Under the pieces are notes generated by a model that had not been told where the DNA came from, did no database searches, and saw only the letters and a list, made by a program, of their open reading frames with translations. Below are positions 37,229-47,664 of a stretch of DNA of 60,782 nucleotides, piece by piece (positions within the stretch are counted from its first letter, which is position 1; the number at the start of each line of letters is the position of its first letter). Made by a program: the position numbers and the translations under genes. Origin of the DNA: Cyanophyceae cyanobacterium (GTDB taxonomy: Bacteria; Cyanobacteriota; Cyanobacteriia; Cyanobacteriales; JBHJGN01); assembly GCA_050331735.1 (NCBI GenBank), contig JBHJGN010000056.1:1-60782 (forward strand). Reading direction: 5' to 3'.

Positions 37229-37246
37229 GTTACAATTCATTACATT
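37229..37246 (+). promoter_or_regulatory. HLR1-like (RpaB) direct repeat upstream of kaiA
   Basis: GTTACAAT-TC-ATTACATT versus consensus (G/T)TTACA(T/A)(T/A)-N2-(G/T)TTACA(T/A)(T/A); one mismatch. Confidence 0.55.
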
Positions 37247-37373
37247 ATCTAGGGGTTGAACGATTAATGTTAACTTTTTAAAAGGGACTTTTTAATTAAA
37301 GAGACCAAATTTTTTGACGGTTAACCTCTCAAAAAAGAGGCAACCTGCTATTGTTGGCTACTCGCTGAAACTT

Positions 37374-38267
37374 TTGTCTTCTCTTCTGTCTGTCACTATT
37401 TTCTCACCGGTGCTTGTTGAGACGATTCAAAAACTACTCAACAAAGAGCGCTATCGGCTGTATTCGGTTCATTCAGTAGATGAGCTCGTTGCCAAGTGTG
37501 CGAACTTCAGCGAAAACATCGATTGCTTAATCGTTTGTCGGCGGGCAGCGATCTTGGCAGTGTTTAACCAGCTTTATGAACAGGGAATTTTACTGCCAGT
37601 TGTCATCATTCAGTCAGATTCAAGCCCGGAAGATGATGGGAAGCCAAACTATCAGGCGGCTACTCCCACTTATTTATACCACAGTAGCGAAGTTCATTTG
37701 GCCGCGACGGAAATTGCGTCGATTGCTGCCGCTCTCGACCGGGCGATCGCTCAATTTTTGCGTCTAGGAACGAGCTGTGCTCTGGACTCTAAGCAGGAGG
37801 TTGAGCCAGCTTCGCCACCGTCTGCTGACCAACCAACGACGCTTCAGCAGCGCTTAGCGCAGAAGCTGAGAGAAAGACTGGGCTATTTGGGTGTGTACTA
37901 TCAACGAAATCCTGAAAAATTTTACTGTAATCTATCTCCGCAAGCCAAACAAGAATTTTTACGAACTCTGCGATCGCAGTATCAAGAGATTATCCTCAAT
38001 TACTTTGTCCAAGACCAACCAACCGAGCCGCTCATCGACCAGTTCGTTAATCAGGCGTTTTTGAGCGATCTTTCGGTTTCGCAGGTTTTAGAAATTCATA
38101 TGGAGTTAATGCAGCAGTTCTCTCAACAGCTTAAGCTCGAAGGGAGAAGTGAGGAAATTCTGCTGGACTATCGACTTACCTTAATTGATGTCATTGCTCA
38201 TTTAGGTGAAATGTACCGCCGTTCCGTTCCCAGAGAATCTCTGCTACAGCTAATTTCTGAAACCTAA
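37374..38267 (+). CDS. kaiA: Circadian clock protein KaiA
   Basis: [56 protein letters not shown]. Start uncertain (TTG 37374 or TTG 37314). Confidence 0.95.
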   Translation: MSSLLSVTIFSPVLVETIQKLLNKERYRLYSVHSVDELVAKCANFSENIDCLIVCRRAAILAVFNQLYEQGILLPVVIIQSDSSPEDDGKPNYQAATPTYLYHSSEVHLAATEIASIAAALDRAIAQFLRLGTSCALDSKQEVEPASPPSADQPTTLQQRLAQKLRERLGYLGVYYQRNPEKFYCNLSPQAKQEFLRTLRSQYQEIILNYFVQDQPTEPLIDQFVNQAFLSDLSVSQVLEIHMELMQQFSQQLKLEGRSEEILLDYRLTLIDVIAHLGEMYRRSVPRESLLQLISET

Positions 38268-38313
38268 ATGGATGTTGCGAAATGCCATACACGCCAAGCA
38301 GCAACGGAGTCCG

Positions 38314-38619
38314 ATGAATAAAATAAAAAAGACCTATATTCTCAAGCTGTACGTTTCCGGCAATACTCCCAATTCTGTGCGGGCTTTAAAAACCCTGAGA
38401 AATATTTTAGATCAAGAGTTTCAAGGAGTTTATACTCTCAAAGTGATCGACGTGCAGCAAAATCCCCAGCTAGCGGAGGAAGATAAAATTATGGCAACGC
38501 CAACCTTGTCCAAAGTATTACCGCCTCCCGTTCGCAAAATTATTGGCGATCTTTCCGATCGGGAAAGAGTGTTAATTGGTTTAGATCTTCTCCACAAAGA
38601 GCTAGTTGGAGAAGGTTAA
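38314..38619 (+). CDS. kaiB: Circadian clock protein KaiB
   Basis: [42 protein letters not shown] 38314 with GGAG. Confidence 0.96.
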   Translation: MNKIKKTYILKLYVSGNTPNSVRALKTLRNILDQEFQGVYTLKVIDVQQNPQLAEEDKIMATPTLSKVLPPPVRKIIGDLSDRERVLIGLDLLHKELVGEG

Positions 38620-38660
38620 AGCCATATTTTTGCCAATCGCTAATAAAGGAGGATGAGCTA

Positions 38661-40226
38661 GTGGCCGTCGATGAGATCATGAATCAAAATACCAGTAGCC
38701 AAAAACGAGAAATCAGGGGCATCCGCAAAAGTCGCACCATGATTGAAGGGTTTGATGAAATTACCCACGGTGGATTACCGTTGGGAAGAACTACCCTCGT
38801 CAGCGGCACCTCTGGAACTGGAAAAACGCTACTAGCTATTCAATTCCTCTATAATGGCATTCGCCATTTCGACTCTCCAGGTTTGTTCGTCACGTTTGAA
38901 GAGTCTCCAGAAGATATCTTAGAAAATGCCTATAGCTTTGGCTGGGACTTGCAGCAGTTGATCGATGCCGGAAAGCTATTCATTCTTGATGCTTCCCCCG
39001 ACCCGGAAGGACAAGAAGTTGTCGGCCATTTCGATCTTTCAGCGCTGATTGAGCGCATTCAGTATGCGATTCGCAAGTACCAGGCGAAGTTAGTTTCTCT
39101 TGACTCGATCACGGCCATTTTTCAACAGTACGATACTTCGTCGGTCGTCCGCCGAGAAATTTTTCGGCTGGTCGTTCGGCTCAAGCAGCTAGGCGTGACG
39201 GCGATTCTCACCACTGAAAGAACCGAAGATTACGGCTCGATTGCCCGTTACGGAGTCGAAGAGTTTGTCTCCGATAACGTTGTCATTCTGCGTAATGTCC
39301 TAGAAGGAGAACGCCGTCGCCGCACCATCGAAATTATGAAGCTGCGGGGAACCTCTCACATGAAAGGAGAATATCCGTTCACCATTACCGAAGACGGCAT
39401 CAATATCTTTCCCCTTGGAGCAATGCGTCTCACGCAGCGCTCCTCCAACGTGCGGATTTCTTCAGGCATTGCGACTCTCGATGGAATGTGCGGTGGTGGC
39501 TTTTTCAAAGATTCTATTATTCTCGCGACAGGAGCAACGGGAACCGGAAAAACTCTTCTGGTCAGTAAGTTTCTGCATGAAGGCTGCCGCAACGGCGAAA
39601 AAACGATTCTGTTTGCCTATGAAGAGTCGAGAGCACAGCTATCGCGCAATGCCTCTTCTTGGGGCATTGACTTTGAAGAAATGGAAAAGCAAGGTTTACT
39701 CAAGCTGATTTGTTCTTACCCTGAATCCGCTGGGTTAGAAGATCACTTGCAGAGTATCAAATCAGAAATCACGCACTTCAAGCCCACTCGGATTGCCATT
39801 GATTCTCTCTCGGCGCTGGCTAGAGGAGTGACAAATAATGCGTTTCGCCAGTTTGTCATTGGCGTAACGGGCTATGCTAAACAGGAGGAAATTACTGGCT
39901 TTTTCACCAATACCACCGACCAGTTTATGGGGTCTCACTCAATCACCGAATCCCATATCTCGACCATTACCGACACGATCATCATGCTTCAGTACGTCGA
40001 GATTCGCGGAGAAATGGCCAGAGCCATAAATGTGTTTAAAATGCGAGGTTCCTGGCACGACACGGGCATTCGCGAATACACCATCAGCCAGCAGGGACCG
40101 CAGATCAAAGATTCGTTCCGCAACTACGAAAGAATCATTAGCGGTTCCCCGACTCGCATTAGTATCGATGAGAAAAGCCAGCTTTCCCGCATTGTTGAGG
40201 GAGTGAAAGGCAAAGATGGGCTTTAG
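38661..40226 (+). CDS. kaiC: Circadian clock protein KaiC
   Basis: Two Walker A motifs (GTSGTGKT, GATGTGKT), phosphosite motif SHISTITD; SD AAGGAGG before GTG 38661 (ATG 38679 is the alternative start). Confidence 0.98.
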   Translation: MAVDEIMNQNTSSQKREIRGIRKSRTMIEGFDEITHGGLPLGRTTLVSGTSGTGKTLLAIQFLYNGIRHFDSPGLFVTFEESPEDILENAYSFGWDLQQLIDAGKLFILDASPDPEGQEVVGHFDLSALIERIQYAIRKYQAKLVSLDSITAIFQQYDTSSVVRREIFRLVVRLKQLGVTAILTTERTEDYGSIARYGVEEFVSDNVVILRNVLEGERRRRTIEIMKLRGTSHMKGEYPFTITEDGINIFPLGAMRLTQRSSNVRISSGIATLDGMCGGGFFKDSIILATGATGTGKTLLVSKFLHEGCRNGEKTILFAYEESRAQLSRNASSWGIDFEEMEKQGLLKLICSYPESAGLEDHLQSIKSEITHFKPTRIAIDSLSALARGVTNNAFRQFVIGVTGYAKQEEITGFFTNTTDQFMGSHSITESHISTITDTIIMLQYVEIRGEMARAINVFKMRGSWHDTGIREYTISQQGPQIKDSFRNYERIISGSPTRISIDEKSQLSRIVEGVKGKDGL

Positions 40227-40326
40227 GTAACAGTCCAGATGCTGTCTTAGGACGACTCATTCCAGCGATACACTCGGGATCCCCTTTGCCAGTTCAGAGG
40301 CTAGACGGGCAGAGAATCCTGCTAAC

Positions 40327-40356
40327 TTTTCCCCTTCCCCTTGACCCTTTTCCCTG
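40327..40356. repeat. Pyrimidine-rich short tandem repeat (STRR-like)
   Basis: ttttccccttccccttgaccctttt-type units; the reverse complement resembles 49153-49177. Confidence 0.55.
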
Positions 40357-40392
40357 ACTATACATCTGTAGCTTCACTGTCTAGACTTGGTA

Positions 40393-41472
40393 TTACTGCC
40401 CTGAGTTGGGTAAATAGCGCTCGATGGTGTCTTGCCAGTCCGGTTCATTGAGTTCTTGCAGTACTTGGTGGTTCAGTTGCTCTAGTAATTCACTATTTTC
40501 TGGAAGCGCAAAGGCAAACTGGCGTGTCCTAACGTCGGTTGATTTCACCTGGAGAGTATTTTGTAAAGCGTCCTGATTGAGATACTGAAGCGAAGCAGCG
40601 CTATAAACAAACGCATCAATGTCGCCATCTCTAACAGCCTGAAGACCTTCTAAAGGAGTAGAAAACGACTGAAATTGAATTTGCTTCTGCTGTAAATACT
40701 GGGCGCTGCTAGAGTTGGCGATGCTGCCTACTTGCTGGTTATTTAAGTCTTGTAGCTGAACTTGTTGAACTTGACTCAGCACCGATGAAGTCAGGTAGGC
40801 CGTGAGGCTGGCCGTAATTCCCATCGCCATTAACATCCAGAGAAGGGCCAAGATTTTTCCGGCAACTGTTGTGGGGGCTTTATCCCCATAGCCAACGGTC
40901 GTCATTGTTACCCCTGCCCACCAGAAGCCTGCCCAGATACCGCGGACAGGATGACCATGAAACATTTCTTCGTTTGTTTGTCGTTCAAACAGCCACGCCA
41001 ACACGCCGATGAAGGCCAGGAGAACTGCCAGCCCCAGACAGACTCTTAGAAACTGAGGCGAGACAACGGCTCTGGCAATGGCTAGCAGAGCGCCCTGCTT
41101 CCGTCTCGCAATGCCAAGGGATGACCGGAAGTAGCTTTGGGCAAAATCGATCTGCTGTTCTGCTGAGGCCGTGGCTGTGACGGCGATCGCTACATCAACG
41201 GTGCCATCTTGCAGCCGATTGGTCACGTCCCTAGGCTGAAGTTCACGCCACTCGTAGTCTAAATCTAGTTCCTGCGCCACCTCTCGCCAGAGATGAACGC
41301 CGATTCCATCCCAGTCGTTGCCAGTTTTGATCGCAAACGGCGGGAGATTGCTCACGCCAACAACAAGAGGACCATCGCCGGATTCTTGAGAATTAGGCTG
41401 AGGAGACTGAGCGAGGTTAGGGAGCTGACTAGAAAACAAAAATAGGCAGGTTAATAACGTCCGCAGCATCAT
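40393..41472 (-). CDS. GluR0-like ligand-gated K+ channel (split SBP domain + pore)
   Basis: Signal peptide, VGVSNLPPF SBP lobe, TM1, pore WWAGVTMTTVGYGDKAP, TM2, second SBP lobe. Confidence 0.9.
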   Translation of the reverse strand: MMLRTLLTCLFLFSSQLPNLAQSPQPNSQESGDGPLVVGVSNLPPFAIKTGNDWDGIGVHLWREVAQELDLDYEWRELQPRDVTNRLQDGTVDVAIAVTATASAEQQIDFAQSYFRSSLGIARRKQGALLAIARAVVSPQFLRVCLGLAVLLAFIGVLAWLFERQTNEEMFHGHPVRGIWAGFWWAGVTMTTVGYGDKAPTTVAGKILALLWMLMAMGITASLTAYLTSSVLSQVQQVQLQDLNNQQVGSIANSSSAQYLQQKQIQFQSFSTPLEGLQAVRDGDIDAFVYSAASLQYLNQDALQNTLQVKSTDVRTRQFAFALPENSELLEQLNHQVLQELNEPDWQDTIERYLPNSGQ

Positions 41473-41647
41473 AGTTTAAAGAGGTGGCGTTGCTGAATAA
41501 TGAGATGAAAAGTAAACAGTTGCTAATTTCCTCGACCACGCTAAATGAGCTAGAGGCTAAGAGCTAATAGCTATTAGCTGACATACTAGCAACTTCATCG
41601 TCTTTCATCAGCAATGCCAAAGAGGTGATGGTTCGTCCGTAGATTCC

Positions 41648-42859
41648 CTACCTTGTTTGACTCTGTAGCTGAGCGGTTCTGACCGTTACCTCCATCGTGC
41701 GATCGCGCCGCACAATCGTCAAGCGGAGGTTTTGATTAACGCCGCTATTTTCTACAAGAGACTGGAGTTCTCCACTGTCGGTCACGGGCTTGTTATTAAC
41801 CTTCGTCACCACGTCGGCGCGGCGGATTCCGGCTCTTTCTGCGGGCGTATCCGGTAAGACGCGCACCACCAGCACTCCCTCTACTTCCGGGACGAGAAAC
41901 GGCGAGTTGGGGTCTTGGTTATTTTGTTGAGCGAGATCTGGCGTAAGATTGACCATCTGAATGCCGACGTAGGGGTGAGGCACCTGTCTGCCAGCGGCTA
42001 AGGTATCTTTGATCGCTTTCGCTTTGTTAATCGGAATGGCGAAGCCAATGCCCATCGCGTTGGCGCGAATCGCCGTATTGATGCCGATCACTTCGCCGCG
42101 GTCGTTGAGCAGAGGACCGCCAGAGTTACCGGGGTTAATGGCGGCATCGGTTTGCAGAAAGTCTACCCGCTTGTCGGGAATACCGACTTTAGCCGAGGAG
42201 CGATCTAAGGTACTGATAATGCCTAGAGTCACTGTATTGTCTAATCCCACCGGGTTGCCTACGGCGATCGCCCAATCTCCCACCTCGACCAGAGCTGAGT
42301 CTCCCAACGGCGCCACGGGCAGGTCTTCTCCTTGAGCCTCAATTTTAACCACCGCCAAGTCCGTCACCTCATCGGTGCCTCGCACTTCTCCATCGAAAGT
42401 ACGACCATCCTTAAGCGTCACGGTGACGCGGTCAGCTTTGCTGATCACGTGGGCATTCGTGAGAATGATGCCGCTTTTATCTACGATAAAGCCCGAGCCT
42501 TGACCGCGAAGCTGTCTTTCTGCCGGCATTTGCGGACGCAGGCGATCACCGAAAAAGTCTCGAAAGAAGGGATCGTCAAAGAACGGCTCAACCCGCCGGG
42601 TCACGGTTCTTTCGGTATCTAATCGCACCACTGCCGGTCCCGTTTGCGCAACAGCGGCGGACACAAACCGACGCGGACTGTCTACCGGGGCTGCTTGGGC
42701 TACGGTTAACTCAGCATTAGCACTCATCAACCTCGATTCACCCGTCACTGGTTCTGCCTGGGAAGACAACATCTGTATGCTGCTAAAGGCCAGCGCGATG
42801 CCAAGCAGCAACGCCACTGCATGAGTCCCGATTCGATGCCACAACTTCGACTTCATCAT
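41648..42859 (-). CDS. hhoA: HtrA/DegP-family serine protease (HhoA-like) with PDZ domain
   Basis: GSGFI, TNAHV, TDLAV, TDAAINPGNSGGPL; PDZ domain. Confidence 0.9.
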   Translation of the reverse strand: MMKSKLWHRIGTHAVALLLGIALAFSSIQMLSSQAEPVTGESRLMSANAELTVAQAAPVDSPRRFVSAAVAQTGPAVVRLDTERTVTRRVEPFFDDPFFRDFFGDRLRPQMPAERQLRGQGSGFIVDKSGIILTNAHVISKADRVTVTLKDGRTFDGEVRGTDEVTDLAVVKIEAQGEDLPVAPLGDSALVEVGDWAIAVGNPVGLDNTVTLGIISTLDRSSAKVGIPDKRVDFLQTDAAINPGNSGGPLLNDRGEVIGINTAIRANAMGIGFAIPINKAKAIKDTLAAGRQVPHPYVGIQMVNLTPDLAQQNNQDPNSPFLVPEVEGVLVVRVLPDTPAERAGIRRADVVTKVNNKPVTDSGELQSLVENSGVNQNLRLTIVRRDRTMEVTVRTAQLQSQTR

Positions 42860-43122
42860 TTTATTTACAGCACTAACGTTGAGCGATGTCTGCGCTCTAT
42901 AAAGTTTTCACCAAAAATTAACGGTTATTGCTTTATAGTAGCAACCTTGCCGTTTATTCGTCTCGTTCAGTTTTCTAGGTGACTAAACGCTGTAGGCTGA
43001 TAGCATGACTGTAGTGTTTTGATGCCTCATCCCGTCGCCAAAAATGCTCGGTTGATTCTACCTTGGGTGACCGGACAATTACGACAGCAGTTCCTTTCAG
43101 GTACACCCCTCAACAGCGATTC

Positions 43123-43512
43123 ATGAATGACAAAGCGACAGTCATCGCCGTTAATGAAGCTTTCTACCGCGCCTTCGAGAAGAAAGATATCCAGGCCATG
43201 AGCTTGGTGTGGTCCCAAGGAACAGGCGCTTTGTGTATTCATCCCGGAGGAGACGCACTGCAAGGTTGGCAGCAAATTCGTCGTTCCTGGGAGCAGATCT
43301 TTCAGAACACAAACTACCTGGAGATTGACACAGAAATTATCTCTACCGAAATTGGCGCTCACGTTGCCTATGTGGTGCTTGCAGAAAATGTGCTGCAAGT
43401 TGTTCGCGGGAGAAGATTACAGGCACAGTCAATGGCGACGAATGTTTTCCAAAAGATGGCCCAAAAATGGTATCTCGTTCATCATCATGGCAGTCCAGTA
43501 ATACGCTCATAA
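43123..43512 (+). CDS. NTF2/SnoaL-like domain protein
   Basis: VNEAFYRAFE, CIHPG, ATNVF, WYLVHHHGSP; ATG 43123. Confidence 0.88.
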   Translation: MNDKATVIAVNEAFYRAFEKKDIQAMSLVWSQGTGALCIHPGGDALQGWQQIRRSWEQIFQNTNYLEIDTEIISTEIGAHVAYVVLAENVLQVVRGRRLQAQSMATNVFQKMAQKWYLVHHHGSPVIRS

Positions 43513-43520
43513 ATTTGGCC

Positions 43521-43538
43521 AATGTAAACTTTTGTATT
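43521..43538 (-). promoter_or_regulatory. Possible HLR1-like (RpaB) site upstream of psb34
   Basis: Reverse complement AATACAAA-AG-TTTACATT; one perfect half-site and one with two mismatches. Confidence 0.35.
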
Positions 43539-43626
43539 ATTCTATTAAGAATAGTAATGTTGTCTCGGCAATATCATTTGCAAGATAGTCGTTATCTATA
43601 TGATGTTTGAAAAAAGGATTTGATTT

Positions 43627-43797
43627 ATGCCTTATACAGAAGAAGAAGGTGGAAGACTAAATAACTTTGCGGCAGAGCCGAAAGTTTATCAAGCTAACGA
43701 ACCGACCAAAACAGAGAAGCGTAACTTTGTTATTTTAGGGGTAGTTGCCCTGCTTATCGTTGGGGGATTGCTGTTCGTGGCCTCTTCTGTCTCTTAG
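43627..43797 (+). CDS. psb34: Photosystem II assembly factor Psb34 (Ssl1498 family)
   Basis: Hand-translated: MPYTEEEGGRLNNFAAEPKVYQANEPTKTEKRNFVILGVVALLIVGGLLFVASSVS*. Confidence 0.92.
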   Translation: MPYTEEEGGRLNNFAAEPKVYQANEPTKTEKRNFVILGVVALLIVGGLLFVASSVS

Positions 43798-43871
43798 CTT
43801 TTTCTAACCACCGTAGCTCGCTCTGGAATGACTAGAAAAATCCAGTTCACCCAGTCAGAGGAAGCTCCGTT

Positions 43872-44717
43872 TTACGGCACGTTTTCTCTGACCCCGGATG
43901 TCCCATTTTCTGAAATCACCCTGAGCGCTTCCGTTACTTGCTGAGTTTGTTCGTCTTTTCCCTGAGCCGCAAAAATTTCCGCCGCTCGCTCCAAATCGGC
44001 GATCGCCTGGTCCTGATTCTCTAGCTTAAAGTAGGTTAAGCCTCGATTGTAATAAGCTTCGGCAAACTCTTCGTTAAGCTGAACGCTCTGCGTATAGTCC
44101 TCAACAGCCTGCTCGTAGTCTTCTAAGCGAGAATAAACGAGCGCCCGATTGTAATAAGCTCTGGCATTCTCGCTATCGAGGCGAATGGCTTCATCATAGT
44201 CAGCGAGGGCTTCTTCTGGAGAACCAGAGTCATCTTGAGCGTTTCCTCGGCTGATAAAAAAGGTGGCGTTACTCGGATCGAGGGCAATCGCCTCGGTACA
44301 GTCTTCAATCGCCGCTGCGTATTCCTGAATTTGGTAGTAAGCGTAGCAGCGGTTACCGTAAGCATTGGTAAATTCAGAATCTCGGTCAATCGCTTCGCTA
44401 TAGTCTGCGATGGCCCGGTTGTAATTCCCTAAAATATGGTGAGCAAAAGCGCGATTATAGTAAGCATCAACATCTTCCTCAAGCTGAATAGAGCGATCAA
44501 AGTCGGCGATCGCTCCCTCATAGTCTCCCGTCGATAGCTTATCAACCCCACGATTGTATAGCTCAACAGCACTTAATTCAGCGGGTTCGTCCTCAGCCGG
44601 TTGTTCCAACTCTAGGGGGTCTATATTAAGCTGTGGTTCTGTTTGAGCATGGATAGCCAAGGGAAGCGAGAGCGCGGTAACGACGCCTAAACTAAGAATG
44701 CTGTTCATGTTACTCAC
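43872..44717 (-). CDS. Exported tetratricopeptide repeat protein
   Basis: Signal peptide, repeated AYYNRG/A...AIAD units. Confidence 0.9.
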   Translation of the reverse strand: MSNMNSILSLGVVTALSLPLAIHAQTEPQLNIDPLELEQPAEDEPAELSAVELYNRGVDKLSTGDYEGAIADFDRSIQLEEDVDAYYNRAFAHHILGNYNRAIADYSEAIDRDSEFTNAYGNRCYAYYQIQEYAAAIEDCTEAIALDPSNATFFISRGNAQDDSGSPEEALADYDEAIRLDSENARAYYNRALVYSRLEDYEQAVEDYTQSVQLNEEFAEAYYNRGLTYFKLENQDQAIADLERAAEIFAAQGKDEQTQQVTEALRVISENGTSGVRENVP

Positions 44718-44909
44718 TACGGAGTTTCGATAGTCCGCCTTTAATTTTAGAAAAATTTTCTCAAATTGGTGGAGCGCTCAGAGAAAGCACGATTGCTCAG
44801 TTCTTAAACCGCATGGCTACGTGTTTATCCTTCAAAGGATCCCGCTAGTCAAACATTGGACAGCACAAAAGATGAGAAGATAGAGTAGACAGGGTTAGCA
44901 AACAAAAAT

Positions 44910-45461
44910 ATGTTTAAAAAAATTATTGCCGCTCTGCTGTTAATGCTTAGTATCAATTTAAGCAGTTGTATCAGCAGCGTTGCTGGTTTACAAAGCTATG
45001 TCAATAGTTTGAAGGGCTACGAATTTCTGTATCCCAACGGCTGGGTTCCTGTCGATGTTAAACAAGCATCCGAGGGAGTTGATGTTGTCTTTCGAGATAT
45101 TGTTGAACGCACAGAAAATCTCAGCGTAATTATCAGTAGCGTTCCTGAAGAAAAAACGGTGGCAGAATTGGGAACCCCTTCAGAAGTAGGCTATCGATTT
45201 TTACAAATCGCCAACAGCAACGCTAATGCCAATCGTCAAGCAGAATTTCTCAGTGCTGAATCTCATGAGAAAGACGGCAAAACCTATTACACCCTAGAAT
45301 ATCAGGTAAAATTACCCGATGACCAAGAGCGTCATAATTTAGCCAGCGTTGCCGTTAGCCGAGGTAAATTGTTTACTTTCAACCTCTCTACGCGACAAGG
45401 ACGCTGGCCAAAAGTTTCAGATTCCTTCCGCACAATCGTTGATTCCTTCTCCGTTTACTAA
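44910..45461 (+). CDS. psbP: Photosystem II PsbP-like lipoprotein (CyanoP)
   Basis: Lipobox LSSC, GYEFLYPNGW, ENLSVII, LGTPSEVG, RHNLASV, RGKLFT. Confidence 0.93.
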   Translation: MFKKIIAALLLMLSINLSSCISSVAGLQSYVNSLKGYEFLYPNGWVPVDVKQASEGVDVVFRDIVERTENLSVIISSVPEEKTVAELGTPSEVGYRFLQIANSNANANRQAEFLSAESHEKDGKTYYTLEYQVKLPDDQERHNLASVAVSRGKLFTFNLSTRQGRWPKVSDSFRTIVDSFSVY

Positions 45462-45462
45462 C

Positions 45463-45541
45463 AACAGTGACCAGTGAGCAATCGACTCAACAACCGCTTC
45501 CCAATCACTAAATCATTGGTAACTGATAGCTGTCACTGCTT
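45463..45541. repeat. Degenerate heptamer repeats (STRR-like) with partial self-complementarity
   Basis: cagtgac cagtgag ... taactga tagctgt cactgct. Confidence 0.4.
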
Positions 45542-45544
45542 CCT

Positions 45545-46132
45545 ATGTTTCCCCCATTCGTGCTGGCCTCCGCTTCTCCTGCCCGTCGCAAGCTGTTGAA
45601 AATGGCAGGAATTGCGCCCTTTGTTTGCCAAAGCAACTTTGATGAATCTCAGGTTCAGGAGCGCGATCCGGTAAAGCTGGTAGAAACGTTGGCCCAGTGT
45701 AAGGCGGAAGTAGTTCAAAGTCAGTTTACTGATGCCCTAATTTTGGGCTGCGACTCGGTGTTAGCTTTGGATGGCGAGATTTACGGCAAGCCAGACTCGA
45801 CCGCAGCGGCGATCGCTCGCTGGCAGGAAATGCGGGGTCACTTCGGCTATCTTTACACCGGTCATGCTCTCATCGACCAAACCCAAAGTAAACAATTGCT
45901 CCGCTGCGGTATAACTAAAGTCTACTTCGCCCCCGTCAGCGATGAGGCCATCCTCGCCTATGTCAACAGTGGTGAGCCCCTCAAATGCGCAGGTAGCTTT
46001 GCTTTAGAGGGTCAGGGCGGGATGTTTATAGAAAAAATTGAAGGCTGCCCCAGCAACGTCATTGGCTTGAGTCTGCCATTACTGCGAGAGATGCTAGAGG
46101 AGTTGGGCTACAGCGTTACTGATTTTTGGTGA
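45545..46132 (+). CDS. maf: Maf-family nucleoside triphosphate pyrophosphatase
   Basis: [24 protein letters not shown]. Confidence 0.93.
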   Translation: MFPPFVLASASPARRKLLKMAGIAPFVCQSNFDESQVQERDPVKLVETLAQCKAEVVQSQFTDALILGCDSVLALDGEIYGKPDSTAAAIARWQEMRGHFGYLYTGHALIDQTQSKQLLRCGITKVYFAPVSDEAILAYVNSGEPLKCAGSFALEGQGGMFIEKIEGCPSNVIGLSLPLLREMLEELGYSVTDFW

Positions 46133-46616
46133 GGCGGCCAATATCCTTGACGTAAACTCGATCGCAGCGTCGCGTTTCCACGCCAGAAGCCGGACGGTAG
46201 CCGCAGTTTTCGTATAGCTGCACGGCCTCTCTCAGGATAGAAGCGGTTTCTAGCCAAATTTGCTCAAACCCTCTAGCAGCGATCGCCTGCTCTAAGGCTT
46301 GCAGCAACACCTGACCTAATCCTTTCCCTCTGGCACTGGGAAGTAAATACATCTTGCGTATTTCCACAGCGTTTTGTCCGCGCTCAATTGGATAGTAGGC
46401 AGCCGTGCCGACAATGTTGCCTTGCTCTTCAACCACCCAAAATTCCCCACCAGAAGCCAAGTAAGAGTTTTCAACGTCTAAAACATCTCGGTCGGCTGCT
46501 GCGGGTTCCCAAGGCAAACCGTACTCTTGCAAAACCTGCTGAATGACCGCAGCGGCGGCAGCGCGGTCAAGCCTTTGCCAGTCGCGGATTAAGTACGATT
46601 GATAATAATCTTCCAC
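46116..46616 (-). CDS. GNAT N-acetyltransferase
   Basis: [27 protein letters not shown]. Confidence 0.9.
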   Translation of the reverse strand: MEDYYQSYLIRDWQRLDRAAAAAVIQQVLQEYGLPWEPAAADRDVLDVENSYLASGGEFWVVEEQGNIVGTAAYYPIERGQNAVEIRKMYLLPSARGKGLGQVLLQALEQAIAARGFEQIWLETASILREAVQLYENCGYRPASGVETRRCDRVYVKDIGRLTKNQ

Positions 46617-46657
46617 TAATTCTTAACGCGATCGCTGTTGAATCAATTTTCAATCAA

Positions 46658-47500
46658 CTATCTCTTCTGCGCGACGTGAGCCGCCGAAAGATAGCAAAGA
46701 TCGAGAGTACTCCCACAGTTTATCTCTAGAGCTGCTCTTAAGTCTGTAAACAAACGATGTCGTTTCTGCGAGTTTAGTGCTATGTAGGGAGACAGAGTGC
46801 TCAACAGTGCCAGATAGTCATCAATGCTGTAGGTCACTGCGCACTCCATTTGTTCAAACACTAAATTTTTAAACAATTTTGAATTAACTATCGCTTCCCC
46901 CACCTGGTTGAGATTCGTCAGGTGAGTTTGTCGCGCATGATAGCGAACATACTGCGGTAGAGCGGGTGCCTGAGCCTGATAAATGTCGTGCAGCACCTGG
47001 TAAACTTCGTAATTCGGATGAGGAGGCGTATTCCACAGCAGAATAAGCGAACCGCCATCTATTAAAGCTTGAGCCGATTTTGAATATCTAGTTTCGGGGG
47101 AAACCCAATGAAAAGCACTCGCAGCCAGAACCGCATCAAATTTCGTCTCTAGTCGCCACTCTTCAAAGGTGGTGTTGATAATCTCTACTGTTGCATAGTC
47201 CCGACAGTTCTGTTGTGCTAGCTGGCAGGCTTCCGGACTAGGTTCTAAACAAACTAGTGAAAAGCCTAACTCGGCAAAAGTTTGAGTTGCTGTTCCAGGA
47301 CCACAGCCAATCTCTAATAGGTGCGCCTGCCTTGGCAGTTGAGCCATCGCTATTATCTGCTCAATCAGACGCCGAGGATAGCGCGGTCTGACTCGATTGT
47401 AGGTATCAGCTACTCGGCTATACCAGCGTTTGCGCTCTTCCAAGGAATAGGCAGTAGCAAACTGGTTAAACCAAGCTTCTTGCGGTTCTAAATCTGCCAT
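46658..47500 (-). CDS. Class I SAM-dependent methyltransferase
   Basis: RPRYP, LEIGCGPG, LEPS, AFHW; ATG 47500. Confidence 0.9.
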   Translation of the reverse strand: MADLEPQEAWFNQFATAYSLEERKRWYSRVADTYNRVRPRYPRRLIEQIIAMAQLPRQAHLLEIGCGPGTATQTFAELGFSLVCLEPSPEACQLAQQNCRDYATVEIINTTFEEWRLETKFDAVLAASAFHWVSPETRYSKSAQALIDGGSLILLWNTPPHPNYEVYQVLHDIYQAQAPALPQYVRYHARQTHLTNLNQVGEAIVNSKLFKNLVFEQMECAVTYSIDDYLALLSTLSPYIALNSQKRHRLFTDLRAALEINCGSTLDLCYLSAAHVAQKR

Positions 47501-47552
47501 CAAACCTTTTGCAGTCAATCCAAGAGTTATTAATGATTCTCTACCAGCTTAA

Positions 47553-47663
47553 GACCCTTTCCCCTTTTCCCATCGCGCAGCGATATTCCCTTTCCCCGTG
47601 CCGTGCTTCCTGCGGAAGAACTGCGTAAACGCGTTAGCGTCTCCGCAGGAGAAGGCGCTTCCC
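47553..47663. repeat. STRR-like tract with nested small dispersed repeat(s)
   Basis: ccctttccccttttccc...ttccctttcccc flanking tcgcgcagcga, cttcctgcggaag and gcgtctccgcaggagaaggcgc mini-hairpins. Confidence 0.6.
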
Positions 47664-47664
47664 G

